64,000 nt of DNA from Mobula hypostoma (Eukaryota), in the NCBI RefSeq assembly GCF_963921235.1, contig NC_086118.1:12340001-12404000 (forward strand), given 5' to 3'. The position numbers and the translations under genes were made by a program. Below the pieces are notes generated by a model. The model saw only the letters and a program-made list of their open reading frames with translations, was not told where the DNA came from and did not search any database. Shown here piece by piece: positions 1 to 12,701 of this stretch; the first letter of the stretch is position 1; each line of letters starts with the position of its first letter.

Positions 1-550
1 ATTCACAACACTGCTTCTGCCTGAGTTAAAGTAAATCACATTTAGATATTACTGGACAACTAACATGTACAAAATTCATGTCCTTCAAAATCAAAACAAA
101 CATTTTGTGTTGCATTGATGGTTGGATGAAGTTTGTGTAAAATCTTGTGATTGATGCTCAGTATGTATGCATGTGCAAAATCCCTGTTTTCATTCTGTGT
201 CCCTATCTTTTTACTAATAGCCCATCACAGAACTAGGTTACTCCATCCCTGGACTTCACAGTCACTGGTGCTTTTGAGTACTGATGCTGGAATCTTAGTT
301 GGTTGATTAATATTGTTTTAGACTAGATTGGGTCCAGCAAGAACATGGATGAATATAGTACTGGGAGGCAGAAAGAAATCTTCTTGTCCTAATGGATTCA
401 GGGTGTTTTAGACCACAGCTGTCAATAGACGCATTGCAGTCAACTGCATAAGCAGAGTGGAGTTACCAATACACAGAAGTCTAAGTCAAATTCAAGTTTA
501 TTCTCATATGCATAGATCAGATGAACAGGTCTGAGTGCTTCTGTTGGAAC

Positions 551-1090
551 ATAAAATGATAAGACATAGGAGCAGAATTTGGCCTTTCAGTCCATCGAGT
601 CTGCTCTGCCATTCCATCATGGCTGATCCCAGATTCCACTCAACCCCATACACCTGCCTTCTCACCATAACCTTTAATGCCCTGACCAATCAGGAAACTA
701 TCAACTTTTGCTTTAAATATACCCACAGACTTGGCCTCCACAGCTGTCTGTGGCAGAGCATTCCACAGATTTACTACTCACTGGCTAAAAAAATTCCTCC
801 TTACCTCTGCTCTAAAAGGTCGCCCCTCAATTTTGAGGCTGTGCCCTCTGGTTCTGGATATCCGCACCATAGGAATCATCCTCCCCAAATCCACCTTATC
901 TAGCCTTTTCAGCATTTGGTAGGTTTGAATGAGATCCCCAGCATTCTTCTAAATTCCAGTGAGTACAGACCCAAAGCTGCCAAATGCTGCTCATATGTTA
1001 ACCCCCTCATTCCTGGAATCACCTGCTGTGAGACAACACTTCCTTTCTGAGATATGGGACCCAAAACTGTTGACGACACTCCAACATCTA
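551..1090 (-). mobile_element. CR1 LINE 3' fragment
   Basis: Minus-strand translation includes IPGMRGLTYEQHLAALGLYSLEFRRM (CR1 RT C-terminus), followed by a 3' UTR resembling the other CR1 copies in the window. Confidence 0.85.
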
Positions 1091-1439
1091 CCTGAGTTAA
1101 TGAACTTGGACAAGAGGAATGCCGTAATACTTGGAGATACAAGAAACTACAGATGCTGTTTCTGAGTAGAGTTTTGGGTGTTTTCATGATTTCTGTATCT
1201 TCTGCCCAATGGGAGAGGGGAAAAGGGAGAATGTCCGAGGTGGGAGAGTCTTTCATTATGTTGGCTGCTTTACCAAGGCAGTAAGAATGTTGACTGGGAT
1301 TTAGAGTCCTGATATGGGATTCCAATCCAAAGCATCAACAAGTCCTTTCTCCACACAGAAGCTACTTGAGACTATTCAGCTCAATGAATCTATGCCAGCC
1401 ATCAAAGCAATCATGTCAGTCCTATTCTCTACTTACTTT

Positions 1440-1597
1440 CCTTTAACCTCTTCAGCATAACATGCCACCCACCACCCACGGGATTAGGGAGGACACCAGG
1501 GCCACAGGGAGAAATTGCAAAGCGCTCTCCTGACGCCAGAACTGAACCTATGTCACTGGAGCTGTGAGACAACCACACTGCCTGCTGTGCTATCGTC
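1440..1597 (-). mobile_element. Degenerate tRNA-derived V-SINE (HE1-like) fragment
   Basis: Reverse complement resembles the head and V-domain of the better-preserved SINE at 30903-31210. Confidence 0.55.
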
Positions 1598-2109
1598 TGC
1601 CTGGAATTCCTGGAACATTTAGAAATAATCAACATCCATCACAGATGTTTACCACCAGCAAATCAAGGGAGCAGCATACAGGGTCTTGTCAGTTCTATCA
1701 GTAACTTGTCTGCTCGCAAATTGACATTAGGGGAATCCATAAATGACAAGTCTATGCTCTTTTCAGACAACTGCTGCTTGTGCAGGCAGTTCACTGTTGA
1801 AGGGATGTTGTGGCTCTACAGTCCACAATTATTGCTGAACAATTATGGACTACCAGACCCTCAATATACTGCTCAAACTGTTGAGGCTTCTGGGAGCAGT
1901 TCACTACTTTAACTGCTTCTGCACAAGCCCTGTGAGGTTTGGCTCAGAAATTGAAGTAACCCTATTAGCCCTCTGAGAGAAAGTAAGCACTAATGCTGGA
2001 ATTTATTTAACATCTTTCTTGACCTCAAGACATTCCAAAGTGCTCTAAAAATGATAAAGCATGTTCGAAACATTCTCTTTTGCATCAGGGTGAATGCACA
2101 CAGCCTTTT

Positions 2110-2362
2110 TCAGGAACTAGACGGTATAGGTTTAGGGTGAGATGGATTTAAAAGGGACTTGAGAGCAATCTTTTTATACAAAGGGTGATATCTGAGTGGA
2201 ATCGGTTGCCAGCAGAAGTGTTGAGGTAGGGATAGTAACAACTTTTAAAAGACACTTGGGCAGGTACATGGATTGGGAAAGTCTGGAGGTGTAGCGGCCA
2301 AACACTAGCAAATTGGAGTAAATTGGATGGGGCATCTTGGATGGCTTGAACCAGATGTTCCA
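2110..2362 (+). mobile_element. CR1 LINE 3' end fragment
   Basis: Degenerate G(H)RFRV..RFKRD....FFTQRV..WN motif followed by a CR1-type 3' UTR. Confidence 0.75.
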
Positions 2363-2539
2363 AAAGAAATAGGTGAATAATTGAAGTAAGAAGCATGAAC
2401 TTAGAAAAGTATGTGTGTCTCTGAGCACATGGGTCCTAATAAAGGAGACCTTAAGGTTTTGACTTTAATTTGTAAATACAGAGCTGACTTTGGTGTATGA
2501 GCCTTTGAATATTTTTTATAAGGATCCGTGAAATGTAGT

Positions 2540-3074
2540 GAAGCAACTCAGGAAGACGAGGAACACAGCTTCAACCTCAATTTTCCAATTTCCAGTAAAT
2601 TATTCCCTCCCTCTCACTTTTCTTTCTCCTCTTGATCTATCCAGTCCTCCACTTATTCCAGTCCTCATCACCCTCTTTCTCCACCCCCCCGCATCTTTTT
2701 CATCCACCCACATTCCATACACTGGTTCCTCTTTCACTGCCGTTCCCATCTGCCCTCTTCCGTTCTCCCACTTGATTCCATGCTCCATGTTCCTCTCCTA
2801 TTAATTCCATTATCTGCAGCCTTTTGTCACCTCCACTTGTTACCTCCGAGTCTTAGTCACTATTTCTACTCTCCTCTCCTCCAGCTGCTTATCATCCCTC
2901 CTCAGCTGGATTCACCTAATGCCCACCAGTCCACTCCCCCACATTTTCATACAGGCTGTCTCCTTTCTATCTTTCAGTACAGATGAAGGGTTGCGACTCA
3001 AAACATCGATTTTTCATTTTTCTCTATGGACGCTACCTAAACTACTGAGGCCCTCCAGCATCTTGTGGGTTGCG
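2540..3074 (+). mobile_element. Penelope-like element 3' region (pyrimidine-rich UTR plus decayed hammerhead-like motif)
   Basis: CT-rich tract ending in GATGAAGGG...AAAACATCGA...ATGGACGCTACCT...CCTCCAGCATCTTGTG, shared with copies at 17104, 41921 and 60810. Confidence 0.65.
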
Positions 3075-4395
3075 TAGGAAAACAGCCATTCAAAGAAAAG
3101 ATAGACTCAATTTTGAACTTTCCTTCCCCTCCTGGTTCATGTCCTGGTTCAGATAATGTTTGAAACAACTAAACTACTGATCCCATTTTTAGATTGGAAA
3201 GCTCCCTCAGATCTGATCCATTGCCTCCCTGCCGTGGTTCTGCTTCCCTTTTACACCTGCTGTGAGACATTTGAAAGCCAGTTGTACCAGCTGGCCAAGA
3301 TCCCAGTGAAATGTCGTCAAAGGCATCTCCATAGGGGAGTTCATTTTCAAGGTGTCTAAACACAATAATAACAACTGTGATCTATGGTATTTTTGTGTTT
3401 GTCAGAATATTTTAATAGGAAAATCCATCATGGAAAATCACTTCCCTTGCCAAACTCTGACCTCTTTAATTTATGCATGTAGCAGATGGGAACGTTATCT
3501 GTGCTGTAAGATAACAGAAGTAGAACAGCGCATGTCTTATAGGACAAGATGGTAGTAAGGATTTAATGATGTAGTTGGAATTCATTGGGGATTTTCAATT
3601 TCACTTGGAGATAACTAATTGGAATTTTGCACCTGAATCCTTTTTCTCCAGCAGTTTTATTTAGTGATTATGATGGTGTTTAAAGGTAACTACACATCAT
3701 TCATATGTGGGCTCTGCTGGTGGAGGATGCTAGGGAGTATTCTGGAGTTATGGGTTATTAATTCAAACAAGAACCAGGCTTCATTTCTGTAAATGTAAAT
3801 AAATTCAGGAAGCTTGCAATTAGCCTTCAGTCTTTTTTGTAAATTGGAAGCTGTAAATTGAAGTTAAAAGCACAGGCTGCTCCACAGACTAAGAGATTTC
3901 ATATGCAAGAGCTAAATGTTAAAACAATGGGAGTTGTATTAATTGGATTGCATCAAACATGGCTAAGTTATTTGCACCATTGTGATTTGAGTTCAAGTTG
4001 GCAGACCAGATGGATGTTGTCACTTAGCCTATCAAACATGGTCACAGGTATAGACAATCATTAGTTTTTGTGTATTTATCATATTTGTGTACTCATAGAC
4101 AGCCCTGGCAACATCAATATTGGGGTCTGAGTCTCTGTCACTGAAAGGTTTTTTAAACTATTTGTGTTAATTAGTTTCTCCCAAGCATACTTGGACCCCC
4201 AGAAGTGTTTTTATCGATTACAATGTGCTTCTGCTGTATATCTCAAAGGAACCATTTGTCACCCCAAAGTACTGAACAAATCAGTGTCATTGTAACTGTT
4301 GAAATGGTGTTGAAGTACCAACTGTTACCTTTGATCTTAAGGGTATAAAAATGTGATGTACTTTGGGGTTTAGGAGCCTCTACAGAGAGTGTCTT

Positions 4396-4724
4396 CATAA
4401 GAACATAAGAACATAAGAAATAGGAGCAGGAGTTGGCCATCCAGCCCATCGAGCCTGCCCCGCCATTCAATAAGATCATGGCTGATGTGTCCGTAAACTC
4501 AGCTCCATCTACCTGCCTTTTCCCCATAATCCTTAATTCCCTTACTATGTAAAAGTCTATCTAAATGTATCTTAAATATATTCAGTGAAGAAGTCTCAAC
4601 TGCTTCCCTGGGCAGAGAATTCCACAGATTCACCACTCTCTGGGAAAAACAGTTTCTCCTCATCTCTGTCCTAAATCTTCTCCCCTGAATCTTGAGGCAA
4701 TGTTCCCTAGTTCTAGACTCACCT
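4396..4724 (-). mobile_element. CR1-A, 3' end (continues at 9647-10927)
   Basis: (TTCTTATG)n tail seen as CATAAGAA repeats on plus. Sequence breaks at CTCACCT and resumes at CTTACCT (9647-9653), collinear with the uninterrupted copy near 32900. Confidence 0.85.
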
Positions 4725-5068
4725 CAAGTCAAGTCAAATCACTTTTTACTGTCATTTCGACCATAACTGCTGGTACAGTACACAGTAAAAATGAGACAAT
4801 GTTTTTCAGGACCATGGTGCTACATGAAACAATACAAAAACGACACTGAACTACGTAAAACAACACAAAAACTACACTAGACTACAGACCTACCAAGGAC
4901 TGCATAAAGTGCTCAAAACAGTGCAGGCATTACAATAAATAATAAACAAGACAATAGGCACAGTAGAGGGCGGTAGGTTGGTGTCAGTCCAGGTTTTGGG
5001 TATTGAGGATTCTGATGGCTTGAGGGAAGAAACTGTTACATAGTCTGGTCGTGAGAGCCCGAGTGTTT
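4725..5068 (-). mobile_element. Rex1/Babar-type LINE 3' end (continues at 8844-9646)
   Basis: (GACTT)n tail seen as CAAGT repeats on plus; minus strand encodes the ..NSFFPQAIR..-like C-terminus plus 3' UTR. Confidence 0.8.
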
Positions 5069-5138
5069 CATAGAGAACATAGAACATACAATAGTACAGC
5101 ACAGTACAGGCCCTTCGGCCCACAATGTTGTGCCGACC

Positions 5139-8076
5139 TCAAACCCTGCCTCCCATATAAGCCCCCACCTTAAATTCCTCCATATACCTGTCTAGTAGTC
5201 TCTTAAACTTCACTAGTGTATCTGCCTCCACCACTGACTCAGGCAGTGCATTCCACACACCAACCACTCTCTGAGTAAAAAACCTTCCTCTAATATCCCC
5301 CTTGAACTTCCCACCCCTTACCTTAAAGCCATGTCCTCTTGTATTGAGCAGTGGTGCCCTGGGGAAGAGGCGCTGGCTATCCACTCTATCTATTCCTCTT
5401 ATTATCTTGTACATCTCTATCATGTCTCCTCTCATCCTCCTTCTCTCCAAAGAGTAAAGCCCTAGCTCCCTTAATCTCTGATCATAATGCATACTTTCTA
5501 AACCAGGCAGCATCCTGGTAAATCTCCTCTGTACCCTTTCCAATGCTCCCACATCCTTCCTATAGTGAGGTGACCAGAACTGGACACAATACTCTAAGTG
5601 TGGCCTAACCAGAGTTTTATAGAGCTGCATCATTACATTGCGACTCTTAAACTCTATCCCTCGATTTATGAAAGCTAACACCCGATAAGCTTTCTTAACT
5701 ACTCTATCCACCTGTGAGGCAACTTTCAGGGATCTGTGGACATGTACCCCGAGATCCCTCTGCTCTTCCACACTACCAAGTATCCTGCCATTTACTTTGT
5801 ACTCTGCCTTGGAGTTTGTCCTTCCAAAGTGTACCACCTCACACTTCTCCAGGTTGAACTCTATCTGCCACTTCTCAGCCCACTTCTGCATCCTATCGAT
5901 GTCTCTCTGCAATCTTTGACAATCCTCTACACTATCTACAACACCACCAACCTTTGTGTCATCTGCAAACTTGCCAACCCACCCTTCTACCCCCACCATC
6001 CAGGTCGTTAATAAAAATCACGAAAAGTAGAGGTCCCAGAACAGATCCTTATGGGACACCACGAGTCACAATCCTCCAATCTGAATGTACTCCCTCCACC
6101 ACCACCCTCTGCCTTCTGCAGGCAAGCCAATTCTGAATCCACCTGGCCAAACTTCCCTGGATCCCATGCCTTCTAACTTTCTGAATAAGCCTACCGTGTG
6201 GAACCTTGTCAAATGCCTTACTAAAATCTATATAGATCACATCCACTGCACTACCCTCATCTATATGCCTGGTCACCTCCTCAAAGAACACTATCAGGCT
6301 TGTTAGACATGATCTGCCCTTCACAAAGTCATGCTGACTGTCCCTGATCAGACCATGATTCTCTAAATGTCTATAGATCCTATCTCTAAGAATCTTTTCC
6401 AACAACTTTCCCACCACAGACATAAGGCTCACTGGTCTATAATTACCCGGACTATCCCTTCTACCTTTTTTGAACAAGGGAACAACATTCGCCTCCCTCC
6501 AATCCTCCGGTACCATTCCCGTGGACAACGAGGACATAAAGATCCTAGCCAGAGGCTCAGCAATCTCTGCTCTCGCCTGGTGGAGCAGCCTGGGGAATAT
6601 TCCGTCAGGCCCCGGGGACTTATCCATCCTAATGTATTTTAACAACTCCAACACCTCCTCTCCCTTAATATCAACATGCTCCAGAACATCAACCTCACTC
6701 ATATTGTCCTCACCATCATCAAGTTCCCTCTCATTGGTGAATACCGAACAGAAGTATTCATTGAGGACCTCGCTCACTTCCACAGCCTCCAGGCACATCT
6801 TCCCACCTTTATCTCTAATCGGTCCTATCTTCACTCCTGTCATCCTTTTTTTCTTCACATAATTGAAGAATGCCTTGGGGTTTTCCTTTACCCTACTCGC
6901 CAAGGCCTTCTCATGCCCACTTCTTGCTCTTCTCAGCCCCTTCTTAAGCTCGTTTCTTGCTTACCTATATTCCTCAATAGACCCAGCTGATCCTTGCTTC
7001 CTAAACCTCATGTATGCTGCCTTCTTCCACCTGACTAGATTCTCCATCTCACTTGTCACCCATGGTTCCTTCACCTTACCATTCTTTATCTTCCTCACCG
7101 GGACAAATTTATCCCTTACATCCCGCAAGAGATCTCGAAACATCGACCACATGTCCATAGTACATTTCCCTGCAAAAACATCATCCCAATTCACACCCGC
7201 AAGTTCTAGCCTTATAGCCTTATAATTTGCCTTTCCCCAATTAAAAATTTTCCTGTCCTCTTTGATTCTATCGTTTTCCATGATAATTATAAAAGCCAGG
7301 GAGCGGTGGTCACTGTCCCCAAGATGCTCACCCACTGAGAGATCTGTAACCTGACCCGGTTCATTACCTAGTACTAGATCTAGTATGGCATTCCCCCTGG
7401 TCAGCCTGTCCACATACAGTGACAGGAATCCATCCTGGACACACTTAACAAATTCTGCCCCATCTAAACCCTTGGAACTAATCAGGTGCCAATCAATATT
7501 AGGGAGGTTAAAGTCACCCATGATAACAACCCTGTTATTTTTGCACCTTTCCACAATCTGCCTCCCAATCTGCTCCTCTGTATCTCTGCTGCTACCAGGG
7601 GTCCTATAGAATACCACCAGTAGAGTAACTGCTCCCTTCCTGTTCCTGATTTCCACCCATATTGACTCAAAAGAGGATCCTGCTACATTACCCACCCTTT
7701 CTGTAGCTGTAATAGTATCCCTGACCAGTAATGCCACCCCTCCTCCCCTTTTTCCACCCTCTCTATCCCTTTTAAAGCACTGAAATCCAGGAATATTGAG
7801 AATCCATTCCTGCCCTGGTACCAGCCAAGTCTCTGTAATGGCCACTACATCATAATTCCATGTATGTATCCAAGCTCTCAGTTCATCACCTTTGTTCCTG
7901 ATGCTTCTTGCATTGAGGTACACACATTTCAGCCCTTCTACCTTACTGTCTTTACACCATTTATTCTGCTTCTCTTTCCTCAAAGCCTCTCTATATGTTA
8001 GATCTGGCTTTACTCCATGCACTTCTTTCACTGCTCTATCGCTCTGGGTCCCATCCCCCTCGCAAATTAGTTTAAA
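5139..8076 (-). pseudogene. CR1-B ORF2 (APE endonuclease + reverse transcriptase), disrupted
   Basis: Three ORF pieces 6961..8031, 6049..6903 and 5139..5999, separated by stops and a deletion/frameshift near 6000-6050. Confidence 0.92.
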
Positions 8077-8846
8077 CCCTTCCGAACCATGCTAGCAAAC
8101 CTACCTGCAAGGATATTGCTCCCCCTCGAGTTCAGGTGCAACCCATCCAATCTGTACAGGTCCCACCTTCCCCAGAAGAGATCCCAATGATCTAAAAATC
8201 TAAAACCCTGCTCCCTGCACCAACTCCTCAGCCACGCATTCAACTGCCATCTCCTCCAATTTTTACCATCACTGTCACGTAGCACTGTCAGCAATCCTGA
8301 AAACGCCAGCCTTGAGGCCCTGTTCTTCAGCCTTCTGCCTAATTCCCGAAACTCACATTTCAGGACCTCATCCCTCTTCCTGCCTATGTTGTTGGTCCCA
8401 ACATGTATCACGACTTCTGGTTGCTTTCCTTCTCGTACCAGGATGTTGTGCACCCAGTCAGAGACATCCCGGACCCTGGCACCCGGGAGGCAACAAACCA
8501 TGCGGGTGTCCTTCTCACGTCCACAAAATCTCCTGTCTGCTCCCCTGACTATAGAGTCTCCAATGACGACAGCTCTCCTTTTCTCCGTCCCACCCTTCTG
8601 CACCACAGGGTCAGACTCAGTGCCGGAGGCCCTGCCACCGTGGCCCACACCTGGTCGGTCGTCCCCGCCAACAGTATCTAGGACGGTAAACTTATTATTC
8701 AGGGGAATGGCTACAGGGGTGCTCTGCACTACCTGTCTGCTCACCTTCACTTTCCCCCCTCTGACTGTCACCCAACGACCTGCTTCTGACAGCCTAGGTG
8801 TGACTACCTCCCTGTAGCTCTCATCTATGACTGCCTCATTCTCCCT
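8067..8846 (-). pseudogene. CR1-B ORF1 C-terminal part (SGNH esterase domain)
   Basis: C-terminal ~260 aa of ORF 8067..9425 align by eye to ORF1 at 45614-46549; the zinc finger is missing. Confidence 0.9.
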
Positions 8847-9646
8847 TTTGTCAGATGGCAGGAGGGGGAAGAGTTTGTATGAGGGGTGCGTGGGGTCCTT
8901 CATAATGCTGTTTGCTTTGCGGATACAGAGTGTGGTGTAAATGCTTGTAATGGCGGGAACAGAGACCTCGATGATGTTCTCAGCTGACCTCACTATCCGC
9001 AGCAGGGTCTTGCGATCCGAGATGGTGCAATTTCCAAACCAGGCAGTGATGCAGCTGCTCAGGATGCTCTCAATACAACCTCTGTAGAATGTGGTGAGGA
9101 TGGGGGGTGGGAGATGGACTTTTCTCAGCCTTCGCAGAAAGTAGAGACGCTGCTGGGCCTTCTTTGCTATGGAGCTGGTGTTGAAGGACCAGGTGAGATT
9201 CTCTGCCAGGTGAACACCAAGAAATCTGGTGTTGTTAACAATCTCTACGGAGGAGTCGTCGATGTTCAGCGGAGAGTGGTCGCTCCGTGCTCTCCTGAGG
9301 TCAACAACCATCTCTTTTGTTTTGTTCACATTCAGAGACAGGTTGTTGGCTCTGCACCAGTCTGTTAGCTGCTGCACCTCCTCTCTGTATGCTGACTCAT
9401 TGTTCTTGCTGATGAGACCCACCACGGTCGTGTCATCGGTGAACTTGATGATGTGGTTCGAGCTGTGTGTTGCAGCACAGTCGTGGGTCAGCAGAGTGAA
9501 CAGCAGTGGCTGAGCACACAGCCCTGGGGGGCCCCCGTGCTCAGTGTGATGGTGTTGAAGATGCTGCTTCCGATTTGGACTGACTGAGGTCTCCCATTCA
9601 GGAAGTCTAGGATCCAGTTGCAGAGGGAGGTATTCAGGCCCAGTAG
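8844..9646 (-). mobile_element. Rex1/Babar-type LINE RT C-terminal part
   Basis: ..[58 protein letters not shown] motifs. Confidence 0.9.
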
Positions 9647-10927
9647 CTTACCTACCAATGGCAACAGCTTTCATACTTTTATCTTATCTATCCCTTTCAA
9701 AATCTTGTATGTTTCTATAACATCCCCTCTCATTATTCTGAATTCCAGAGAGTATAGTCCCCGGCGACTCGACCTCTTCTCGTAGGTTAACCCCTTTATC
9801 TCTGGAATCTGCCTGGTGAACCTCCTCTGCACTGCCTCCAAAGCCAGTATATCCTTCCTCAAGTATGGAGACCAGAACTGCACACAGTACTCCAGGTGCG
9901 GCCTCACCAGTACCCTGTATAGTCACAGCATGACCTCCCTGCTCTTGAATTCAATCCCTCTCGCAATGAAGGCCAACATTCCATTTGCCTTCTTAATAAC
10001 CTTCTGTACCTGCAAGCCAACTTTTTGTGATTCATGAACAAGCACTCTCAAGTCCCTCTGCACAACAGCATGCTGCAATCTTTCACCATTTAAATTATAA
10101 TCTACTTTTCTATTATTCCTTCCAAAGTGGATGATCTCGCATTTACCAATGTTGTATTCCATCTGCCAGACCTTGGCCCACTCACTTAACCTATGTGTAT
10201 CCCTCTGCAGACCCTCCACGTCCTCTGTACAATTTGCTTTTCCACTCAGTTTAGTGTCATCAGCAACTTTTGCTACACTACTCTCAGTCCCCTCTCCCAA
10301 ATCACCAACATAAATGGTGAACAGCTGCGGGCCCAGCACCAACCCCTGCGGCACCCCACTCACCACTGACTGCCAACCGGAGAAACACCCATTTATACCA
10401 ACTCTCTGCCTTCTATTGGTTAACCAATCCACTATCCATGCCAACACATTTCCTCCGACTCCATGCATCCGTATCTTATTTATAAGTCTCTTGTGCGGCA
10501 CCTTATTGAACGCCTCCTGGAAATGCAAGTATGTGGCATTCACCTGTTCCCCTCTATCAACTGCACTCATTATGTCCTCTAAGAACTCCAGTAAGTTTGT
10601 CCAACAGGACCTGCCCGTTTTGAATCCATGCTGTGTCTGTCAAATGGAAACACTCCTTTCTAAATGTTTCGCTATTTCTTCCTTAATGACAGTTTCAAGC
10701 ATTTTCCCCGACTACGGATGTTAAGCTAACTGGCCTATAGTTGCCCATCTTTTGCCTGCATCCTTTTTTAAAAAGAGGCGTGACATTTGCTGTCTTCCAA
10801 TCCACCAGGACCTGCCCAGTGTCTCAAGAGTTTTGGTAAATGATTACCAACACATCTACTATAACCTCTGCCAACTCCCTCAGCACCCTGGGATGCATCC
10901 CATCAAGACCAGGGGACTTATCTACCC
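9647..10927 (-). mobile_element. CR1-A RT region, 5'-truncated
   Basis: ORFs 9923..10570 (GVPQG, ADDTK, WQMEYN) and 9671..9907 (RPHLEYCVQFWSP). Confidence 0.92.
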
Positions 10928-11199
10928 TAAGATAAGTCATGAGAATGCTTGCTTGTTGTGACAAATGAAGACTTCTATGTCACCACCTTCAGTGTCTCTC
11001 TGGTGACTTCAGTCATATATCCCTCAGATCTGTACAACTATTCCATCAGATCAGCTAACTAATCACGCTGTTTCATTCATAGCCCTAAAAGATTGGGCTT
11101 ACACTGATACATACGTTTTGATGATATCAGGATTTGTAATTCAATTAGTCTGAATTTAATCAAACCATGTCTGGTTTACCTCAAACCAATCGAACAATA

Positions 11200-11601
11200 C
11201 ACTCAGTGACCATGCTATTAGGTATACCTTTACACCTGCCCATTATTGCAAATATCTATTCAGCCAAAAACTCAATGCATAAAAGCCTGAAGACATGACC
11301 AAGTGGTTCAGTTGTTGTTCAGACTAAACACCGGAAAGAGAAAGAAATGTGAATTAAGCAACATTGACTGTGGAAAGGTGTTGGTGCCAGACTGGTGGCT
11401 TGAGTATCTCAGAAACTGCTGATCTCCTGGGATTTTCATGCCCAGTGAGCAATAGCTCTGTAGGTGAAAATGCAAAATGCCTTGTTAATGAGAGAGGTCA
11501 GCAGAGAATGACCAAACTGGTTCAAGTTGACAGGAAAGTGACGGTAACTCAAATAACCATGCATTACAACAGTAGTGTGCAGAAGAAGATCTCTGAACAC
11601 A
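11200..11601 (+). mobile_element. Tc1-like non-autonomous DNA transposon, left part (right end at 16336-16417)
   Basis: TA + CACTCAGTGACCATGCTATTAGG terminal repeat; translation GLSISETADLLGFS...LVNERGQQRMTKLVQVDRKVTVTQIT (paired-like HTH of a Tc1 transposase). Confidence 0.8.
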
Positions 11602-12701
11602 GCTTCTGCACTTTCCGGGATGCCTAGGGGGTGACTCGAGTATCAGCAGTACGCTCAATGGATACAATTCAATATTCTCATTTCAGCCTGATACAGCTAA
11701 AAAGCACAAGTGCTTCCAAGGTCAGTACAGTCAATAAAGATGTCTTAATGTGTTTAAACGAACTATTGCTGCTTTAAAACTGATGGAAACAACACTGAAT
11801 GTGGACGGAAGAGTCCACATAGGATTCCACGAAGGAAACGTGGTTGCAGATCAGGGATACAAGTGCGTTTAAGGAAATGGTGTTTTAAACTCCCAATACC
11901 GACTATCTTGCTGGCAATGCAGTCTCTGGTGAATAAAATCGATGATCTCAGAGGCAGGGTGATGAATCAGAGGAACATTAGGACCGCATGTGTCCTTTGG
12001 TTCACAGAATCCTAGTTAACCCCTTCTGTACCAGATGCAGATATTCAGATCGACAGGTTTACTATACACCATCAGGAGGGATCTATAGAGTCTCTCAAAA
12101 GCAGAGGTGGAGGAGTATACCTCATGAACAACTCTTCTTGGTGCACAAATATGTCAGTGCTGTCCCAATTCTGCTCACCAGACCTGGAATATCTAGCGGT
12201 AAAGTGCCATCCTTTTTTTACCTACCACGGGAGTTCTCAGGGGTCATTTAGTTAGCAGTTTACATTCCACCTCATGCCAATGTCAATCAGGCTTTCAATG
12301 ATCTGAGCAATGGGATCAACATGCACGAAACAGCGTACCCTAATGCCTTCACCATTGTTTAGGGAGATTTTAACCAGGCCAGTCTGAAAAAATCAGTAAG
12401 CAATTACCATCAACAGATCACTTGCAATACCAGAGGAAACAACACACTGGACCATTGCTACACCACCATCAAGAATGCCTACCATGCTACTCCACGTCCT
12501 CACTTCAGGAAGTCTGATCACCTGGCTGTATTTCTACTCCTTGAGTATAGACAGAGACTGAAGACTGCAGCACTAGTAGTGAGGACCAAGAAGGTATTGA
12601 CAAGGGAAGCACAGGATCGCCTACAGGACTGCTTTGAATCGATGGACTGGACTGTATTCAAAGATTCATCTTCGAACCTGGATGAGTATGCTGCAGTTGT
12701 T

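Larger units (their letters stand above)
5069..8846 (-). mobile_element. CR1-B LINE, 5'-truncated within ORF1
   Basis: ORF1 esterase part (VIGDSIVRG, HVGTNN, DGLHLN), APE endonuclease (LNARS, ITETW, MGDFN, SDH), RT (PGPDG, NYRPVSL, DFSKAFDKV, FADDTK) and a (TTCTATG)n tail. Confidence 0.95.

Noticed and set aside
1..45. Possible minus-strand splice acceptor (TTTAACTCAG|GCAGAAG) at the window edge
   Set aside because: Only 20 nt of putative exon are visible; cannot be evaluated.
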